Assembly (NCBI GenBank): GCA_021108295.1
Contig: JAIORF010000102.1
Coordinates: 295,963 to 359,962 of the forward strand
From: a bacterium
GTDB taxonomy: Bacteria; Patescibacteriota; Dojkabacteria; SC72
DNA length: 64,000 nucleotides
Direction of reading: 5' to 3'
Shown here: positions 50,684 to 59,197 of the stretch, piece by piece
Position numbering within the stretch: the first letter of the stretch is position 1
Layout: each line of letters starts with the position of its first letter
Program-made: the position numbers and the translations under genes
Notes under the pieces: model-generated
The model's input: the letters and a program-made list of their open reading frames with translations, nothing else
What the model was told of the DNA's origin: nothing
The model's database searches: none

Positions 50684-51009
50684 CGTTCTTTCCTTTTTCT
50701 CTAGTCTAATAGGACACATCCAACTTTCTTGACAATATCACCTCCTTAAAGGTTCTTACATAACATATTTAATATTTACTTTTTAAAGATCTCTTTAGTT
50801 TGCTTTCATTAAGAAAAAGTTCTCAAACTACTCACAAACCCAAATTTGATTGACAATACAAAATTGTACAATCGCTATAATATAGCCTATAATACGCAGA
50901 TTGTCAATCTACAAACACCCTCACAGACTTCTTTTTCTATGAAAGATTTTGTATAATATAACCTTACACATTGTAGAATGTGAAGTATTTATATTACACC
51001 TAAGTAACC

Positions 51010-51606
51010 ATGAAAATAGCTATAATCCTCCTCTATGGTCTATACGACCCCAAAAATACTAACTACCAAGCATATTTCGACTTTCTAATTACAGAAATTA
51101 AAAAACAGAAATTCGACAAAGTAATACTCTGTGGAGGCTATACATTCCCTCATATAGAAAATATCTCTGAAGCAGAATCTGCAAAAAGATATCTACAATC
51201 AAAATCTCAGTATGATGACTACATCCTCGAGGATAAGTCTATAAACACTAATCAAAACTTAGAATTTGCCTCAAAACACATATCTAGCAAAGACGACTTG
51301 TTTGTATACGGCGATTGGATAAGGATAGCAAAAATATCTTGGATATCTGCACACTTCCTTCTTAAAGAAAGCCTTGAGAACATCTTTAATGCAATGATGC
51401 AATTTGTATACAAAAAGGAGCCCTACAAACCATTCACCATGAAGAACCTAACTGTAATAGGGTATGATTTCAAAGGAAAATCTAAAGAAGAGATGGTAGG
51501 ACAAACTTTCGCGACTCTCTTCGATGTCATTTCTCTATACAACAAAGACTTTGAGAAACAAAATATAGATCAAAGAAAGAAAGATTTCGGATTAAATAAC
51601 TCTTAA
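51010..51606 (+). CDS. DUF218 (YdcF-like) domain protein
   Basis: KVILCGGYTFPHIENISEAESAKRYL matches the DUF218 core. Confidence 0.5.
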   Translation: MKIAIILLYGLYDPKNTNYQAYFDFLITEIKKQKFDKVILCGGYTFPHIENISEAESAKRYLQSKSQYDDYILEDKSINTNQNLEFASKHISSKDDLFVYGDWIRIAKISWISAHFLLKESLENIFNAMMQFVYKKEPYKPFTMKNLTVIGYDFKGKSKEEMVGQTFATLFDVISLYNKDFEKQNIDQRKKDFGLNNS

Positions 51607-51612
51607 CACCCT

Positions 51613-52233
51613 ATGGAACAAAATCTATTAGACAACCTAAAACAAATACACTCAGAAGTTATCAAGAACTACAAAGCTATTCCTAAACTAACTGAACTAC
51701 AAGCAGAAGCAAACAAGGCTTTTGACAAGCGAATAGAACAACTTCTTTCAAAGAAAGATCTTGTAAGGAAAATAAAGGTACCTAAGATACATATCAAGCT
51801 CTGGAAACACAAAGATAAAAGAATCAAGATACCTATAAACTGGAAATATCTTCTAAGTGCACCCTTTATATACGGTATGTTCACTCCCTCAGTAGTCTTT
51901 CATATTGCAATAGAGATATATCATCAAATATGTTTCAGACTCTACGGTATTCCTCTTGTAGACTCTAAGGAATACTTTATATACGATCGACAACTTTTCG
52001 ATATGTTAAATACCTGGGAGAAGATAAATTGTAAATATTGTAGCTATATTAACAACCTTATTCGATATAGTGCAGAGATAGGAGGTCGTACAGAGAGATA
52101 TTGGTGTCCAATAAAGTACTACCGAAGGGTTGATAATGTACATTCACAGTATACAAAGTTTGTAGATGGTGATGACGAGAAGGAAATGAGAGAGAAATGG
52201 GAAGAACTACGTGATTTTTCGGATTTGGAGTAG
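51613..52233 (+). CDS. hypothetical membrane-associated Cys-containing protein
   Basis: Central hydrophobic segment. C...CKYC...WCP residues. No family recognised. Lies between two DUF218 genes. Confidence 0.35.
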   Translation: MEQNLLDNLKQIHSEVIKNYKAIPKLTELQAEANKAFDKRIEQLLSKKDLVRKIKVPKIHIKLWKHKDKRIKIPINWKYLLSAPFIYGMFTPSVVFHIAIEIYHQICFRLYGIPLVDSKEYFIYDRQLFDMLNTWEKINCKYCSYINNLIRYSAEIGGRTERYWCPIKYYRRVDNVHSQYTKFVDGDDEKEMREKWEELRDFSDLE

Positions 52234-52876
52234 ATATATGAAAAACTTACACATTAGAATAACAACAATACTCCTAATCCTACTCACCTACTTCGTTCTA
52301 GTACCCTCACTAATCCTCCAATACGGTAAAAGCAAAATATATACAGACATCAGTAAAATACCAACCTACAACATAGCCATAGTCTTTGGAGCTGGACTAA
52401 AACCAGACGGAACACCAAACGATATGCTAGAAGACAGACTAGACACAGCAGTTGAACTCTACAACGAAGGGAAAATAGAAAAACTCCTCCTCTCTGGAGA
52501 CAACTCCCTAGAAGAATACAACGAACCACAAGCAATGTACGAATACCTCACACTCATCAAAGAACTACCACCAGAAGATGTAGTACGCGACTTTGCAGGA
52601 CTAAGAACATATGACACATGTGCAAGAGCTAAAAACATTTGGAATATAGATGAAGCAATACTCATATCACAAGGCTACCACCTCTCAAGAGCAATATTCA
52701 CATGCAATACGCTAGGAGTAGAAAGTACAGGATTCTCTGCTACCAAAGATATATACATAGGAGAGACATACTACAAACTAAGAGAAATACTAGCTATACA
52801 CAAAGCCCTAATAGACATATATATAATCCACCCTGAATACATAGGGGGAGAAGTAGAGACAGATTTCCTTAATTAA
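52211..52876 (+). CDS. SanA/YdcF-family (DUF218) membrane-anchored protein
   Basis: N-terminal TM. IAIVFGAGLKPDGTPNDMLEDRLDTAVELYNEGKIEKLLLSGDN...TYDTCARA...ISQGYHLSRAIFTC. Confidence 0.6.
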   Translation: MIFRIWSRYMKNLHIRITTILLILLTYFVLVPSLILQYGKSKIYTDISKIPTYNIAIVFGAGLKPDGTPNDMLEDRLDTAVELYNEGKIEKLLLSGDNSLEEYNEPQAMYEYLTLIKELPPEDVVRDFAGLRTYDTCARAKNIWNIDEAILISQGYHLSRAIFTCNTLGVESTGFSATKDIYIGETYYKLREILAIHKALIDIYIIHPEYIGGEVETDFLN

Positions 52877-53877
52877 ACAAACTTCATACCCATAGCTTTC
52901 TCCACTTCACTGATTACCTCCCTTGCATTAGCCTTAGCCAACCTCTTACCCTTCTCTAATACCCCTAATACATAATCATCAGATACTGAAGCCTTCTTCT
53001 TCTGAAAAGCCTTTAGAAACCCTTCCATCACCTCCATCAAAAGGCTCTTAAACTCACCCATTACCTGCTCCCCATCCAAATGCTTCTGTAAGATACTCTC
53101 AAATTCATTTTTCTGTTCATCAGTAGATACATAATCAGCAATTAGCTTCAAACTCTTTAAATCCTCACTCATATCCCCTGCAAAAGCACTCTTTGCTCGC
53201 TTAATCTTCTTGAGAGAAACATCAATATCATCATCCAGTAATATTGCACCATTAGGCTCACTCTTACTCATCTTCTTACCACTACCAGTAAGTGAAAGGA
53301 TATTGATTCCTTCACCACTATCAAGTGGCTTTGAAGCTAGAAATACATCCCCATACTTTTTGTTAAAACGCTTTACCAAATCATTTGTAACCTCTAAATG
53401 AACATACTGATCCTTGCCCACAGGAACATACCTAGAACCCTGAAGTAATATATCAGCAGCCATCATTACAGGGTAAAAAGCAAGAAGAGTATTAGCTGTA
53501 GCTTCACCATTCCCTTTTTTAATTTTCTCTTTAAGAGTAGGTACTCTAAGTAGTTCTGCTACTGTAATTAATCTAGAAAGATATATGGTCAACTTACTAA
53601 CCTCATCCATTATCTGACTCTGCACAAAAAGATCCACCTTCTTTGGATCTAGACCAGCTGCAATGTAATCTTTGATAACGGAAAGAACATTACCCTGAGT
53701 TTCACTAGGCTCTTCAGTTGTAAGACTGTGTAAATCTGCAACAAAAATCATTGGCTTGCCCAATGAACCATCTTGCATAATGCGAAGTATTGGATCAACA
53801 ACACCTATTAGATTAGCAATACTCATACCAGAAGTAGCTCTCATTCCAGTAAATATATCTGTTTTGTAATTTTTCAT
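52873..53877 (-). CDS. trpS: tryptophan--tRNA ligase
   Basis: Class I aaRS. N-terminal TGMRATSGMSIANLIG (HIGH-region variant) and KMSKS (GSGKKMSKSEPN). Confidence 0.9.
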   Translation of the reverse strand: MKNYKTDIFTGMRATSGMSIANLIGVVDPILRIMQDGSLGKPMIFVADLHSLTTEEPSETQGNVLSVIKDYIAAGLDPKKVDLFVQSQIMDEVSKLTIYLSRLITVAELLRVPTLKEKIKKGNGEATANTLLAFYPVMMAADILLQGSRYVPVGKDQYVHLEVTNDLVKRFNKKYGDVFLASKPLDSGEGINILSLTGSGKKMSKSEPNGAILLDDDIDVSLKKIKRAKSAFAGDMSEDLKSLKLIADYVSTDEQKNEFESILQKHLDGEQVMGEFKSLLMEVMEGFLKAFQKKKASVSDDYVLGVLEKGKRLAKANAREVISEVEKAMGMKFV

Positions 53878-53920
53878 TTTATTTTTATTTAATTAATTAA
53901 TTAATATATTGTACAGATTC

Positions 53921-53952
53921 TTGTGAAAAACAAAAACCCCACATATGTGGGG
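53921..53952 (-). terminator. intrinsic terminator of the trpS leader
   Basis: CCCCACAUAUGUGGGG hairpin (53937-53952) followed on the minus strand by UUUUUGUUUUUC. Confidence 0.6.
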
Positions 53953-53981
53953 TATATAATTCATATGAAAAAACAAAATTA

Positions 53982-54038
53982 CTACCCCAAAAGGTAGCTC
54001 CACCAAAACATTATTGTATTAATCTTATTGTTTTCCAT
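53982..54038 (-). CDS. putative trpS leader peptide MENNKINTIMFWWSYLLG (tandem Trp codons at 54000-54005)
   Basis: 18 codons plus UAG. The two UGG codons sit on segment 1 of the attenuator and the stop codon lies inside segment 2. A TATAAT lies 5 nt upstream of the AUG, which could make the mRNA leaderless. Confidence 0.5.
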   Translation of the reverse strand: MENNKINTIMFWWSYLLG

Positions 54039-54122
54039 ACGTTATTATACAACATCCCTACATTTTAAACTACTTGAGAATAATGTAACATGTATTAGAA
54101 ATTAAAATTAATATACACACCA

Positions 54123-54503
54123 ATGACAAAGAACAAACAAATATACAAATGTGGAATATGTGGAAATGTTGTAGAAATACTACACGAAGGATCAGATACT
54201 CTTGTATGCTGCAAGAAGCCAATGAGACTACTACAAGAACAAAATGACGAACATGGATTAGAAAAACATGTACCAATAGTTAAGCAAAATGGACAAACTG
54301 TAATTGTTACAGTAGGCAGTACTACACACCCTATGGAGGACTCACACTATATCGAATGGGTTGAGTTAATAGTAGATGGAGAAATACTAAGAAAACATTT
54401 TACTCCTACGGATAAGGCAGAGGTCAAGTTTTTAATTACTCGACCATCCCTTGAGATAAGGGCTAGAGCATACTGCAACGTACATGGGCTTTGGAGAAGT
54501 TAA
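54123..54503 (+). CDS. dfx: desulfoferrodoxin / superoxide reductase (2Fe-SOR)
   Basis: N-terminal desulforedoxin-like YKCGICGNVVEILHEGSDTLVCCKKPM. Neelaredoxin domain EKHVP...HPMEDSHYIEW...CNVHGLW. Confidence 0.85.
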   Translation: MTKNKQIYKCGICGNVVEILHEGSDTLVCCKKPMRLLQEQNDEHGLEKHVPIVKQNGQTVIVTVGSTTHPMEDSHYIEWVELIVDGEILRKHFTPTDKAEVKFLITRPSLEIRARAYCNVHGLWRS

Positions 54504-56182
54504 AGTGACTCTCTAGCTGTCTCTAACAATTCTAGAAGCAATGTAGCATCCTCCTCGTCTGCAATATTAACTTGCAACGCACTATCAAAAATAGTCGGTG
54601 TAATCTTTGTCTGAATCAATTCCCCCTCTTTGAAATAGTGTGTAAGAACCATCCCCTGCCTTGTACCTATCCATGGAGTCTGATCAAAGTAAAGATTACC
54701 AAGACCATAAAAGATTACTCCATCTCCATACAACTCATACGTCTGTGGCTGATGTGCCTGTGTACCAACTACAATATCTGCACCATAATCAATGGCCTTT
54801 CTAAAAGTCGAAGCCTGTCTATAAACTGGCTTGTAACACAAAGGATAAATCTCATCAGAAGGAGGATAGCTATAACACTCACTAAATTGGAAATCTACAA
54901 TTACAACATCAACCTCATCCCTTATCTCCTCAATATTCTCCTGCATCTTACTCTCAGAGTAAAAATTAGCACCAGCACGAGAAGTATTTGCAATTGCGCT
55001 TGTACCAAGCACACTATCGAAGTAATTATAACCAAGAAATGCTATCTTACTCCCATCAATCTCTACAACATATGGCTTAGCACTATCTTCTGCATCCAAT
55101 CCCCCACCAAAATAGGCTATATCCTCTTCAATATATGTATTTATAGTTTCAGTATTATACTTACTACCAAAATCATTATTATGATTTCCCGTAAGCTCTA
55201 CTACATCCACACCACTTGCAAACAATGTCTCTATATACTCCGGTCTTGAACAAAACTTCATACCACTGTAGCTAGTACAACCCTCTACAAACGAGGTCTC
55301 ACTAGAAACATGGGTAAGATCAGCATCAGCTAGAAATTCTCCTATCAATTCTGCAGGATAGTCATAATCCTTCTTCTGATCCATTACTTGCCCCAACCTT
55401 CTAGTAAGAGCAGTAACTCCAGTCATATTAACCTTAGCTATACCATCTACACCAAAACCGTTACTATCAATATTTACATTCTTTTGTATAATACTAGCGA
55501 TAAAGGCAAGATTGTACTGCTTAGACTCAATAGTCAGTGATACAGGCAAACCACTATCGAACGTATCAAGATAATACTTACCCTCCACCTTAAGTAACTT
55601 AAGTTCTTTACTCAACTCTTCGGGTTTAATTAAACCGATATGATTACCCTCTCCCCCCTCTATACTCTCAATCATACTCTCCACTACCTCTAAGGATATT
55701 TCAGGATAGAAAGAGGTGAGAAACCCTTCATACTCTTCATATGCCAAAATGGATATTAACGTTGAAAAACGCCCACCTATTAGCTCTTTACTAGAGATGG
55801 AATCATCTATCCAATACATATGCCCTACAGGCAAAAGATACTCAGAGAAGAGTGTATACTCCCCTATACCATAATCAATACTTACATCCGCACTCTGTTT
55901 ATTCTCTACAATATTAAACCTTGAAACACCATTAAACTTAATCTTCATTAAATCCGTACTAACCCTTTCCCTATACTCTTCTTTTACTAACTCTCCAATA
56001 TATACATCAAATGTCTCATACATGACTTGGGTCGAATTACCACCCACTACAAAGTCTATTGCATGTTTGGCTAAAGCCCCATCAGTAATGAAGAAATAGA
56101 GAAAAATAGCTAAAAATGGTATAATAGGTATAGGTAGATATATATACCATCTACTTTCCCCTTTCTTTAACTCTTTCTTCAT
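54500..56182 (-). CDS. CapA/PGA-biosynthesis family metallophosphoesterase-like protein
   Basis: Start taken at MKKELKK (56180-56182). N-terminal TM. C-terminal IVVGTQAHQPQTYELYGDGVIFYGLGNLYFDQ is typical of the PGA_cap/CapA family. Confidence 0.6.
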   Translation of the reverse strand: MKKELKKGESRWYIYLPIPIIPFLAIFLYFFITDGALAKHAIDFVVGGNSTQVMYETFDVYIGELVKEEYRERVSTDLMKIKFNGVSRFNIVENKQSADVSIDYGIGEYTLFSEYLLPVGHMYWIDDSISSKELIGGRFSTLISILAYEEYEGFLTSFYPEISLEVVESMIESIEGGEGNHIGLIKPEELSKELKLLKVEGKYYLDTFDSGLPVSLTIESKQYNLAFIASIIQKNVNIDSNGFGVDGIAKVNMTGVTALTRRLGQVMDQKKDYDYPAELIGEFLADADLTHVSSETSFVEGCTSYSGMKFCSRPEYIETLFASGVDVVELTGNHNNDFGSKYNTETINTYIEEDIAYFGGGLDAEDSAKPYVVEIDGSKIAFLGYNYFDSVLGTSAIANTSRAGANFYSESKMQENIEEIRDEVDVVIVDFQFSECYSYPPSDEIYPLCYKPVYRQASTFRKAIDYGADIVVGTQAHQPQTYELYGDGVIFYGLGNLYFDQTPWIGTRQGMVLTHYFKEGELIQTKITPTIFDSALQVNIADEEDATLLLELLETARESL

Positions 56183-56194
56183 ACTATCAATATA

Positions 56195-56222
56195 CCACAG
56201 AAGAAGGCCTGGCATAGGGGTG
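56195..56222. promoter_or_regulatory. copy A of conserved GCCTGGCATAGG-core element (between divergent capA-like and SLT-like genes)
   Basis: Forward ...atataccacagaagaaggcctggcataggggtgtatggtataat. Flanked by TGgTATATT (leftward, 6 nt before the capA ATG) and TGGTATAAT (rightward). Confidence 0.5.
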
Positions 56223-56270
56223 TATGGTATAATATACTATGGGGTGTTACATAAGATTATATTAATAATA

Positions 56271-56882
56271 ATGAAAAATACCTTACAAATAAACAAAAAG
56301 AAGATATTACCCGTTATTACAGGGATACTGTTTGTGGCACTAACTTTAAAAAGTGTTAGTGAAGCTACACCTACATCAATATTAAATCTCGACTATTCTA
56401 GAGATATTACAGTTTCTGCTGCAAATACAGTAGAGATAGAACAAAGCAATATAGAAGATTTAGATATTAACAAAACACATAACACTACCAACACAACTAT
56501 TGCTTCAGCAAGCAATCAAGTAAAAATTGAGAATATTAGGAAATATCTAACAAAGAGGAACTCTCCACTAGCTGACTATGCTAAGGAGTTTGTAGATGCT
56601 GCAAACCATTACGGTATTGACTATAGACTAGTAGCCGCTATCTCCATTATCGAATCTAGTGGTGGTATTCACTGTTTTAGAACCTATAACGCCTGGGGTT
56701 GGGGTAAAAGTGGATTTGACTCATGGGAAGACGGAATATGGAGTGTATCTAAGGGTCTTGGGAAATACTACGCTGGTGGTAGAGATACCCCAGAAAAAAT
56801 TGCAACTAGATACTGTCCTCCAAATGCAGTTAAGTGGGGAAATAATGTATCATACATTATGAACCTAATTGAAAATCAATAA
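56271..56882 (+). CDS. lysozyme-like (SLT/glucosaminidase-type) peptidoglycan hydrolase-like protein, paralog 2
   Basis: Start taken at MKNTLQINKKK (signal/TM). YRLVAAISIIESSGG...YNAWGWGKSG...YCPP shared with 3049-3774. Confidence 0.4.
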   Translation: MKNTLQINKKKILPVITGILFVALTLKSVSEATPTSILNLDYSRDITVSAANTVEIEQSNIEDLDINKTHNTTNTTIASASNQVKIENIRKYLTKRNSPLADYAKEFVDAANHYGIDYRLVAAISIIESSGGIHCFRTYNAWGWGKSGFDSWEDGIWSVSKGLGKYYAGGRDTPEKIATRYCPPNAVKWGNNVSYIMNLIENQ

Positions 56883-56885
56883 CTT

Positions 56886-57578
56886 ATGCAAACTAAGTTA
56901 GCAAAGTATACAATCAGTTACCTCAATGAGCAGGAGTATCATTATCTCAAAAACGAAATCTTCACCAACAATTGTTACTCCTTTGAAACTGACAAGGAAG
57001 ACCCACTCATTATTGATGTTGGAGCACACATTGGCTTATCTATCCTCTATTTCAAAAGAGAATACCCCAACTCAAGAATAGTTGCTTTTGAACCAAATCC
57101 AATTACAGTTCAAGTGCTTAATGAGAATATCTTTAATAATAATCTCGATGATATAGAGATACACGAAAGTGCCATATGGGTAGAAGATGGGATTAAGAAA
57201 ATGTATATCGACAACACAGAACAAGATAGATACTCTGTCGCTTCTTTCAACAAGAATTGTTGGAATGGTACTGTAAAAAGCAAATTGATTAGTGTAAAGA
57301 CAGAAAGATTAGACAAATATGTAAACCAAGATATTGATTTACTCAAGCTAGATATTGAAGGAGCTGAGCAAAGGGTACTGAAGAGTATAAAAAGGTATTT
57401 CTGTAATATTAAGAATATCATTTTCGAATATCACCCTACACATGGCCAAGACATCAAGAAGATATTAGAACTTTTAGATACACATTATGACATTCGCATA
57501 TATCAAAATGGCAAAGAAATTAAAAAGAATATTCCCAACAACAAACTCTTACTAGTAAATGCTACCTATAAAAAGTAA
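56886..57578 (+). CDS. FkbM-family SAM-dependent methyltransferase
   Basis: IIDVGAHIGLSILYF...RIVAFEPNP...LKLDIEGAEQRVL. Confidence 0.7.
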   Translation: MQTKLAKYTISYLNEQEYHYLKNEIFTNNCYSFETDKEDPLIIDVGAHIGLSILYFKREYPNSRIVAFEPNPITVQVLNENIFNNNLDDIEIHESAIWVEDGIKKMYIDNTEQDRYSVASFNKNCWNGTVKSKLISVKTERLDKYVNQDIDLLKLDIEGAEQRVLKSIKRYFCNIKNIIFEYHPTHGQDIKKILELLDTHYDIRIYQNGKEIKKNIPNNKLLLVNATYKK

Positions 57579-58581
57579 GTATCTTACCAAAAAATCTTCC
57601 CCACTTACTTCTAAATATTTTGTATAGAGCGTCACCCAACTTCTTAGGCTCGTGTCTAACCAAACTTCTAGTAAGTGTATCTCCCTTAACCTCCTGAATT
57701 ATAGAGTTCGCTACTAAATCACCTCTTACAATAACCCTATCACCACCATCTGAAAGATCATCTTTAAAAACCTCTTCTCCATCCTCTTTATATCTCCTAA
57801 AGGCATCTTCAGGTAATCTACCATTATTAATCAAAACAAAATCAAACTTCCTTCCTACATAACCCTCCATCATCTCAAGCATACTTTTTTGTGTAAACCC
57901 CCTAGTCTGTCCAATCTTGGACATAAGGTTGGGGATAAAGATAAGGCTAGCTTTTGTTTCTTGCAATGCCTGTGCAATACCAGGAACAATAATATTAGCT
58001 AAAGTTGTTGTATACATATCACCTGGACCTATAATTATAAAATCAGACTCCATTATCTTCTCTATAGCACCCTTATACGCCTTTACTTTCGAGCTAAGAT
58101 AGAACTTCGTAATACTTTTATCAACCTCTGGCTCATCAATTAGATGCTCCCCTTCTACCTTACTCCCATCATCATATTCCGCAACCAGCTTTGTATCATC
58201 AAGTGTCACCGGTAAAATACTCCCTCTCACACTAAATAGATATTTAAACGCTCCAATCGCTTCTATCTCCGAACCTGCAATATCAACCATTGCAATCATC
58301 AAAAGATTTCCCAGTGTATGACCTTTCAGTCCATTACCATCTGAGAATCGATAGGTAAATAAGTCCCTAATCCAATTATTCTCATTCTCCTCTGACAGTG
58401 CAATTATCGATTTCCTTAAATCACTTAGTGGTAATATTCCAAACTCATCTCTAATTACTGCGTTACTTCCTCCATCATCCATCATTCCAACAATGACAGA
58501 GAGATCCAACTCCCCATATCGTTTAAGTCCCTCTAAGACATTTGACGTACCCGTTCCTCCACCTATTAGTGTAATATTCAT
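57562..58581 (-). CDS. YvcK/CofD-like (UPF0052, gluconeogenesis factor family) protein
   Basis: ITLIGGGTGTSNVLEGLKRYGELDLSVIVGMMDDGGSNAVIRDEFGILPLSDLRKSIIAL. Confidence 0.75.
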   Translation of the reverse strand: MNITLIGGGTGTSNVLEGLKRYGELDLSVIVGMMDDGGSNAVIRDEFGILPLSDLRKSIIALSEENENNWIRDLFTYRFSDGNGLKGHTLGNLLMIAMVDIAGSEIEAIGAFKYLFSVRGSILPVTLDDTKLVAEYDDGSKVEGEHLIDEPEVDKSITKFYLSSKVKAYKGAIEKIMESDFIIIGPGDMYTTTLANIIVPGIAQALQETKASLIFIPNLMSKIGQTRGFTQKSMLEMMEGYVGRKFDFVLINNGRLPEDAFRRYKEDGEEVFKDDLSDGGDRVIVRGDLVANSIIQEVKGDTLTRSLVRHEPKKLGDALYKIFRSKWGRFFGKILTFYR

Positions 58582-58638
58582 ATCTAATTATACACAAAGA
58601 TTTCATTAATGTAATGTGGTATAATGGGATATTAATAT

Positions 58639-59178
58639 GTGAATTATCGCAATATGGCTTTAAAAGTTGGCTCAAAGGTTTTTTACCCCACACATGGTGC
58701 AGGATTTATAAAGGATAAGAAGTATATAGAGTTTAATGGTGAAGAGAAAGAGTACTTCGTGTTTGATTTAATCAATAGTCCTTTAGCTATTTCTACCCCC
58801 GTAGAGAATCTTGAGATGCTTGGTATCAGACCTGTACTTAAGTCAACAGAGATTAAAGCAAAAGTTAAAATTCTTAAAAAAACTCCTACCATTAATCCTA
58901 AGAATAAAGATTTCAACGAATTAATCTCTATTTTCGAAGATTTAAACAAGAATGCTGATATTGATTCTGCTATTAGAGTTATACAGCATTGTAATTTTGT
59001 TAAAGCAGAAAGAATTGCAGATGGAAGACTCATTCCTGTTACAATCGAGAAAGAACTTGATAAAGCAATACTAGATATTGTTGGAGAATTGGCTATTTCT
59101 GCAGGGATTAAACTTACTACAGCAGCAGAACAGTTAATGAAGGTCACAGGGATAGAAGAAATTGAAGTAGAGGATTAA
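58639..59178 (+). CDS. CarD/CdnL-family RNA polymerase-binding transcription factor
   Basis: N-terminal KVGSKVFYPTHGAGFI...YFVFDL...ISTPVENLEMLGIRPV is a CarD_CdnL_TRCF-like domain. Confidence 0.7.
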   Translation: MNYRNMALKVGSKVFYPTHGAGFIKDKKYIEFNGEEKEYFVFDLINSPLAISTPVENLEMLGIRPVLKSTEIKAKVKILKKTPTINPKNKDFNELISIFEDLNKNADIDSAIRVIQHCNFVKAERIADGRLIPVTIEKELDKAILDIVGELAISAGIKLTTAAEQLMKVTGIEEIEVED

Positions 59179-59197
59179 TTAACCCACTACTCAACTC

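Larger units (their letters stand above)
48847..50720. other. compositionally atypical (~50% GC vs ~35% background) segment immediately 3' of tRNA-Asn; putative horizontally acquired islet
   Basis: GC counted by hand in several 60-nt stretches: ~52% in 49561-49620 versus ~35% at 51010-51070. No flanking direct repeat of the tRNA 3' end was found. Confidence 0.4.
53921..54045 (-). promoter_or_regulatory. putative ribosome-mediated transcription attenuator of trpS (leader ORF + alternative hairpins + intrinsic terminator)
   Basis: Minus-strand RNA AUGGAAAAC...UUUUGGUGGAGCUACCUUUUGGGGUAGUAAUU...AAUUAUAUACCCCACAUAUGUGGGGUUUUUGUUUUUC. Possible pairings: segment 1 CUACC with GGUAG, segment 2/3 GGGGUA(G)UAAUU with AAUUAUAUACCCC, segment 3/4 CCCCAC with GUGGGG, followed by a U-tract. 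Confidence 0.6.

Noticed and set aside
53878-54120. T-box riboswitch upstream of trpS
   Set aside because: No AGGGUGGNACCGCG box. GGUGGAGCUACC is only superficially similar. The structure fits a leader-peptide attenuator instead.
54572-55249. 225-aa plus-strand ORF
   Set aside because: Antisense within the CapA-family gene. Composition is AT-codon shadow. No motifs.
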